DNA from: Bacteroides sp.
Lineage (GTDB): Bacteria; Bacteroidota; Bacteroidia; G022818785
Direction: 5' to 3'
Assembly (NCBI GenBank): GCA_022818785.1
Contig: CP063811.1
Coordinates: 289,301 to 325,107 of the forward strand
DNA: 35,807 bases
The position numbers and the translations under genes are program-made. Shown here piece after piece: positions 30,543 to 35,807 of this stretch. The notes below the pieces were generated by a model that did no database searches, was not told the DNA's origin, and was given only the letters and a program-made list of their open reading frames with translations. Within the stretch, counting starts at the first letter, position 1. Each line of letters starts with the position of its first letter.

Positions 30543-32663
30543 TTATGATAAATTAATATTAGATATTATTGCTGTTTGGATTATATCTTCTACAGAAGAA
30601 TTAATATTTATAGTTTGAATAGGATTTAATGGTTGTAATATAGTAGGTCCTAAAACATTATATTTTTCTATATTAATTAGAAATTGAGATATTTTGCTAC
30701 TGTAATTATTATCATTAATTGATATGATCGAATTAATATCATCATTAAATTTATATTCAAATAACATATTTGATAAAATATTATCATAAATGTTATCAAA
30801 TTTACATTTAATATTGTTATTTTGAGCATAATTAAAATTATTTGAAATTAATAATGTTTTAATATCGGAAACAAAATTATTTATATATTTGTTTATTAAT
30901 TCAATAACTTCAATTATATTGTCATTACTTTCTGATTTAATATTGGTAATAAAAAATGGCCCTTTCTTAGTAAGAATACACTTAGTAACAACAAAATGAT
31001 TATTATATATTTTACTAATATTTTTGTTATTATCGAAGTAATTATTAATATTATTGACATTATCAAAATATAATATTGCAGTATCAGCTAAATTTAATTT
31101 TAACATTAAATTACTATACAAATTATAATCTTCTAATTCATTATCAATAAAATTATGTTTGATCAACTTTTTTATTTGTTTATCATTAATATCTATGATA
31201 GAATCATATTTGATTTTTAATTTATATTCATTAATAATATTGATAATGGTATGCATATCTCCCAATAAAACTGGATCTCCAATTTTATCATCTTTTATAA
31301 TTTCAACTGCTTTTAATATTTTATAATTAGATGCGTTAGTAAAAATTATTTTTTTAAATTTATTTTTATGATTCTTAGCTATATTATTTATATATATGTT
31401 GCTTTTTTGAGTTTTATTACTTAATTCATATTTATATTGATCCCAATCACTAATTATATTTTTAGCTATATTAGATTCGACAGCTTGTTTAGCAACAGCT
31501 AAAGAAACATTAATTAATAATCTATGATCAATAGGTTTAGGTATAATATAATTTTTACCAAAATATATATTTTTAGTATTATATGCCAAATTAACATATT
31601 CTGGAACCGGTCTTTTGGCAAGTTTAGCTATAGCATGAACAGCAGCTATTTTCATTTCTTCATTAATAGATACAGCTCTTACATCTAAAGCTCCTCTAAA
31701 AATATATGGAAACCCTAAAACATTATTAACTTGATTAGGAAAATCAGATCTACCTGTAGCAATTATAATATCATTACGTGCTTTTAAAGCCAAATTATAA
31801 TCAATTTCAGGGTCTGGATTTGCCATTGCAAATATAATAGGATTATTGTTCATTGATTTTAACATATCTATATCTATAATATTTCCTTTAGATAATCCTA
31901 TAAAAACATCTGAACCATTAATTGCCTCCCTTAAATTTTTTACATTTCTATTAGTTATAAATTCATATTTGATACTATCTAAATCATTTCTTTTATAATC
32001 TATTACGCCCTTACTATCAAACATAATAATATTTTCTTTTAATACTCCTAAAGAAATGTATATCTTAGCACATGATATAGCAGCAGATCCAGCTCCAGAT
32101 ATAATCATTTTAATTTTATTAATATTTTTATTTTGTATTTCTAATGCATTTATTAATGCTGCACCTGATATAATAGCAGTACCATGTTGATCATCATGCA
32201 TAACTGGAATTTTCAATATTTGTTTTAATTTTTTTTCTATTATAAAACATTCTGGAGCTTTAATATCTTCTAAATTAATACCACCAAACGTTGGTTCTAA
32301 TGATTTAACAATTTTAACAAAATTATCTACATCTGAAATATTTATTTCAATATCAAAAACATCTATATCTGCAAATATTTTAAATAAAACAGCTTTTCCT
32401 TCCATTACAGGTTTAGATGCTTCAGCTCCTATATTTCCTAATCCAAGTACTGCAGTGCCATTACTTATAACTGCTACTAAATTACCTTTAGAAGTATATT
32501 TATATATATCATTTACATTTTTAAATATTTTTAAGCAAGGTTCTGCTACTCCTGGAGAATAAGCTAAAGATAATTGTTCTTGATTAAATGTTGGCTTAGA
32601 TGATATAACCGATATCTTACCAGGATAAGGTAATGAATGATAGTCTAAAGCTTTTTTTTTCAT
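30543..32663 (-). CDS. maeB: NADP-dependent malic enzyme with C-terminal PTA-like domain
   Basis: 706 aa. Motifs [68 protein letters not shown]. The C-terminal ~280 aa are PTA-like but strongly N/I-rich. Confidence 0.9.
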   Translation of the reverse strand: MKKKALDYHSLPYPGKISVISSKPTFNQEQLSLAYSPGVAEPCLKIFKNVNDIYKYTSKGNLVAVISNGTAVLGLGNIGAEASKPVMEGKAVLFKIFADIDVFDIEINISDVDNFVKIVKSLEPTFGGINLEDIKAPECFIIEKKLKQILKIPVMHDDQHGTAIISGAALINALEIQNKNINKIKMIISGAGSAAISCAKIYISLGVLKENIIMFDSKGVIDYKRNDLDSIKYEFITNRNVKNLREAINGSDVFIGLSKGNIIDIDMLKSMNNNPIIFAMANPDPEIDYNLALKARNDIIIATGRSDFPNQVNNVLGFPYIFRGALDVRAVSINEEMKIAAVHAIAKLAKRPVPEYVNLAYNTKNIYFGKNYIIPKPIDHRLLINVSLAVAKQAVESNIAKNIISDWDQYKYELSNKTQKSNIYINNIAKNHKNKFKKIIFTNASNYKILKAVEIIKDDKIGDPVLLGDMHTIINIINEYKLKIKYDSIIDINDKQIKKLIKHNFIDNELEDYNLYSNLMLKLNLADTAILYFDNVNNINNYFDNNKNISKIYNNHFVVTKCILTKKGPFFITNIKSESNDNIIEVIELINKYINNFVSDIKTLLISNNFNYAQNNNIKCKFDNIYDNILSNMLFEYKFNDDINSIISINDNNYSSKISQFLINIEKYNVLGPTILQPLNPIQTININSSVEDIIQTAIISNINLS

Positions 32664-32687
32664 ATTATATAATTTGTATTTTTATTA

Positions 32688-33527
32688 CTATTGAATATAT
32701 TTTAGTATTCTGTTCCAACGTATTATATTAAATAATTTATCATGGCTCTTATTATATGACATCCATATAATAAAAGCTTTTCCAACAATATGGTCTTCAG
32801 GAACAAACCCCCAGTATCTAGAATCATATGAATTGATTCTATTATCTCCTATTACAAAATAATAATTCATTTTAACTTTATAAAAAGTATTTAATTGATT
32901 ATTTATATAAATATTGTTATTAACAATTTTTATTTTATTCTTTTCATATAATGTTATTATATCTTTATATAATGATATATTATTAATATTCAAATATAGA
33001 ATATCATTTTTTTTAGGAATAAAAATATTATTTATATTACATTCATTAATAAAACTATTTAAATAATCTATTTCAAAGTAATCATTATTTATACATAATA
33101 ATGATTGATTAACTATTTTAATTTTATCACCTGGTATTCCTATACATCTTTTTATAAAAAAATCTTTCTTATCTATAGGTAGATTATATTTATCATGAGG
33201 ATAATTAAAAACTATCACATCTCTGTGTGTTATATTTTTAAATTTAAAAAAACGTATGTAAGGAAGTTCTATGTAATTAATATAGGATTTTCTTTTCTTA
33301 AATAAATATAAATTATTGTGAAACAACGGTATTGATAATGGTGTTATAGGTAATCTAATACCATAATAAAATTTATTAACCATTATATAATCACCTACTA
33401 ATAAAGTTTCTTCCATAGATGAACTAGGAATATAAAAAGATTCTAATATAAAACCACGTACTATTATAATAACAAAAAAAATTAAAATAATATTTTTTAA
33501 TTCTTTAAAATTAAAGTTTGTAAACAT
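32688..33527 (-). CDS. lepB: signal peptidase I
   Basis: 279 aa. N-terminal TM, catalytic Ser box SSSMEETL, Lys box KRCIGIPGDKI, and GDNRINSYDSRYWGFV. Confidence 0.88.
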   Translation of the reverse strand: MFTNFNFKELKNIILIFFVIIIVRGFILESFYIPSSSMEETLLVGDYIMVNKFYYGIRLPITPLSIPLFHNNLYLFKKRKSYINYIELPYIRFFKFKNITHRDVIVFNYPHDKYNLPIDKKDFFIKRCIGIPGDKIKIVNQSLLCINNDYFEIDYLNSFINECNINNIFIPKKNDILYLNINNISLYKDIITLYEKNKIKIVNNNIYINNQLNTFYKVKMNYYFVIGDNRINSYDSRYWGFVPEDHIVGKAFIIWMSYNKSHDKLFNIIRWNRILKYIQ

Positions 33528-34264
33528 TATTTTAAATTAAAATATAATTCTATTATATCATTTATAGTAAAAAATCCTGATTTTCCTATTAACCATTCTC
33601 CACATATTACAGCTCCCTCAGCAAATGATTTTCTAGAAAAAACACTATGTTCTAATATCATTATATCATTTGAAGATTTATAGTTAATAGAATGATAACC
33701 TGTATATTTATTATTTCTAATAGAATTTATTAATATTTGTTTTCTGTTAGAAACAAGATCTTTTTGATTTACCCATTCTTGTTTTCTTGCAATATTATTA
33801 ATTATATCATTTGCTATTTTTATACTAGTTCCACTAGGGCTATCATATTTATTTTTATTATGTCCTTCAGTAATACTTATATCATATTCAATGTGATTAT
33901 TAAATATTTTTGATAAAATATCGTTAATATAAATTAATATATTGCATCCTAGACTAAAATTAGGAGAATATAAAATTGATTGATTTAACTTTAAACATTG
34001 ATTTTTTATAAAATCAATTTTTTGATTCCAGCCTGTAGTTCCTACTACAATAGGTACATCGTAATCGAAACATGTTAAAATATTTTCAACTACTATATCA
34101 GGATGACTAAAATCTATTGCTAGATTTACTTGTTTTAATTTGTAATGTTCATTTTTTAATACATTTTTGGTATTTGATTTTAGTACTATAGTATGATTTT
34201 TATTCATTAAAACATTTTCTATGTAATGTCCCATTTTACCATATCCTAACAAGGCTATTTTCAT
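33527..34264 (-). CDS. dapB: 4-hydroxy-tetrahydrodipicolinate reductase
   Basis: 245 aa. Motifs MKIALLGYGKMG, VVGTTGW, SPNFSLG, EGHNKNKYDSPSGT. The stop shares one base with the lepB start. Confidence 0.9.
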   Translation of the reverse strand: MKIALLGYGKMGHYIENVLMNKNHTIVLKSNTKNVLKNEHYKLKQVNLAIDFSHPDIVVENILTCFDYDVPIVVGTTGWNQKIDFIKNQCLKLNQSILYSPNFSLGCNILIYINDILSKIFNNHIEYDISITEGHNKNKYDSPSGTSIKIANDIINNIARKQEWVNQKDLVSNRKQILINSIRNNKYTGYHSINYKSSNDIMILEHSVFSRKSFAEGAVICGEWLIGKSGFFTINDIIELYFNLK

Positions 34265-34266
34265 AA

Positions 34267-35807
34267 TTAATTACGTATTTTTATAGCTAATATAGCTATA
34301 TCTGCAGGTGATATACCAGATATCCTAGATGCTTGACCTAATGTTTTTGGCTTAATTTTAGATAATTTTTCTTTAGCTTCATTTGATAAACTTTTTATAT
34401 TATTGTAATCAAAATCATTTTTTATATAAAATGATTCAATATAATTAATTTTATTAATCATGTCATTTTCTCTTTTAAGATAATGTTCATATTTAACATT
34501 TATTTCAACTTGTTGGATTGTGCTTTTATCATAGCATTTCACAATATTCATTAATATATCATTAAATTTAGATATTATATTAATATTTAACTGAGGTCTT
34601 AATAAAATATCATATAGTGATAAATTATTATTAAATACATCATTTTTATTGACATAATTCATAATAATATCAGCATTTTCATTTGAAATTTTAGTTTTTT
34701 TCAAACAATGTATTATTTGTTGTATATCATGTATTTTGTTGTTTATTTTTGACATTTTATCATCAGGTATTAAACCTATTTCATAGCTTTTTTTAGAAAG
34801 TCTAATATCAGCATTATCTTGCCTTAATGACAATCTATATTCAGCTCTTGATGTAAACATTCTATATGGTTCTTCTGTTCCTTTTGTAATTAAATCATCA
34901 ATTAAAACACCAATATATCCTTCATTTCTTTTAATAATGAATTCATGATTATCTTTTATTTTAAGACTTGCATTAATACCTGCCATTAATCCTTGGCATG
35001 CAGCTTCTTCATACCCAGTAGTTCCATTTATTTGACCAGCCATAAATAAATTGGCAACTATTTTAGTTTCCATTGTATGATATAAACCCATAGGATTAAA
35101 AAAATCGTATTCAACAGAATAACCAGGTTTAATAATTTTTATATTTTCAAATCCTTTAATAAGTTTCAAAGCTTTAATTTGAGTATTTATAGATAATGAT
35201 GTCGAAAATCCATTTAAATAAACTTCCATACTATTGTATCCATCAGGTTCTATAAAAATTTGATGACTATTTTTTGATACAAATCTAATTATTTTATCTT
35301 CTATAGATGGACAATATCTAGGTCCTTTAATATTATTACTATAAATATAAGATTCTTTAATATTATCATTAATTATTTTATGAACCTTATCATTAGTATA
35401 TGTCATATAACAACTTAAAGGATCAAACATAGACTTGATATTGTCAAAAGAGAATCCATTATCAAATTCATTATCTCCTGTTTGTTCTTCTAAAATATCA
35501 TAATTTATAGTTCTTTTATCAACTCTAGGTGATGTCCCTGTCTTTAATCTATTGCTTTCAAATCCTAAATTTTTTAACTGCTCAGTTAATCCACAAGAGT
35601 TTTTTTCTCCAGATCTTCCACCTAGAAATTTATTTTGACCTATAAAGATCATACCATTTAAAAATGTTCCATTAGTAAGTATAACTGACTTGCTATATAT
35701 ATGTAATCTATTATTTGTAATAACTCCTCTTGCTTTTTTATCCTTGATAATAATGTTGATTACATTATCTTCTAGTATATCTATAAAATTATGATATATT
35801 TTTTTTT
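34267..35807 (-). CDS. mnmG: tRNA uridine 5-carboxymethylaminomethyl modification enzyme MnmG (GidA), 5'-partial
   Basis: The ORF track starts at an internal Met (35652). I translated the same frame upstream by hand and it stays open to the window edge (...VILTNGTFLNGMIFIGQNKFLGGRSGE...), which is the conserved MnmG core. The C-terminus ends LGQASRISGISPADIAIL. Confidence 0.92.
   Translation of the reverse strand, partial: KKIYHNFIDILEDNVINIIIKDKKARGVITNNRLHIYSKSVILTNGTFLNGMIFIGQNKFLGGRSGEKNSCGLTEQLKNLGFESNRLKTGTSPRVDKRTINYDILEEQTGDNEFDNGFSFDNIKSMFDPLSCYMTYTNDKVHKIINDNIKESYIYSNNIKGPRYCPSIEDKIIRFVSKNSHQIFIEPDGYNSMEVYLNGFSTSLSINTQIKALKLIKGFENIKIIKPGYSVEYDFFNPMGLYHTMETKIVANLFMAGQINGTTGYEEAACQGLMAGINASLKIKDNHEFIIKRNEGYIGVLIDDLITKGTEEPYRMFTSRAEYRLSLRQDNADIRLSKKSYEIGLIPDDKMSKINNKIHDIQQIIHCLKKTKISNENADIIMNYVNKNDVFNNNLSLYDILLRPQLNINIISKFNDILMNIVKCYDKSTIQQVEINVKYEHYLKRENDMINKINYIESFYIKNDFDYNNIKSLSNEAKEKLSKIKPKTLGQASRISGISPADIAILAIKIRN

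Overview
This window looks like a dense housekeeping segment from an extremely AT-rich, reduced genome, most likely an obligate insect endosymbiont of Bacteroidota/Flavobacteriales (Blattabacterium, Sulcia, Uzinura or Shikimatogenerans-like; I cannot name the species). G+C was judged by eye, not computed: many 60-nt lines carry 6 or fewer G/C. The lineage call rests on five things: a long Bacteroidota-type IleS with a GIHH variant of the HIGH motif, a tmRNA tag GENNDYALAA, no Shine-Dalgarno sequences upstream of starts, ileS-dksA/traR-lspA and ddl/PASTA neighbourhoods, and a BshA-like GT4. I annotate 34 protein genes, one frameshifted gene, one tmRNA and one tRNA. By my own tally of the annotated coordinates, only about 1.2 kb (about 3 percent) is left unassigned. 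Genes present are nuoD (5' partial), ssrA, argB, rsmE, a frameshifted corC/tlyC-family gene, dedA, nuoN-M-L-K-J-I, aroA, aroC, lspA, dksA/traR-like, ileS, ddl, a PASTA protein, Mn-type sodA, tadA, tig, tRNA-Leu(UAG), pdxH, infB, nusA, pfkA, an rluB-type pseudouridine synthase, bshA-like GT4, rpsU, hpf, ruvA, maeB, lepB, dapB and mnmG (5' partial). The genetic code appears standard: conserved Trp is TGG, TGA is used as a stop, and no conserved gene is interrupted by TGA. I found no CRISPR array, transposase, integrase, toxin-antitoxin, restriction or other defence-like module, and no unexplained multi-gene cluster. Every non-overlapping ORF maps to a known housekeeping family, so I do not claim a novel system here. 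The observations most worth a second look are (1) an A11 homopolymer frameshift splitting the CorC/TlyC gene, (2) Asp-to-Asn changes at two near-invariant PfkA active-site motifs, (3) a fragmented nuo operon inside a 10-kb block that looks like a single inversion, (4) a 401-nt tmRNA abutting nuoD, and (5) adjacent aroA-aroC with pfkA and maeB, suggesting a shikimate-provisioning role.
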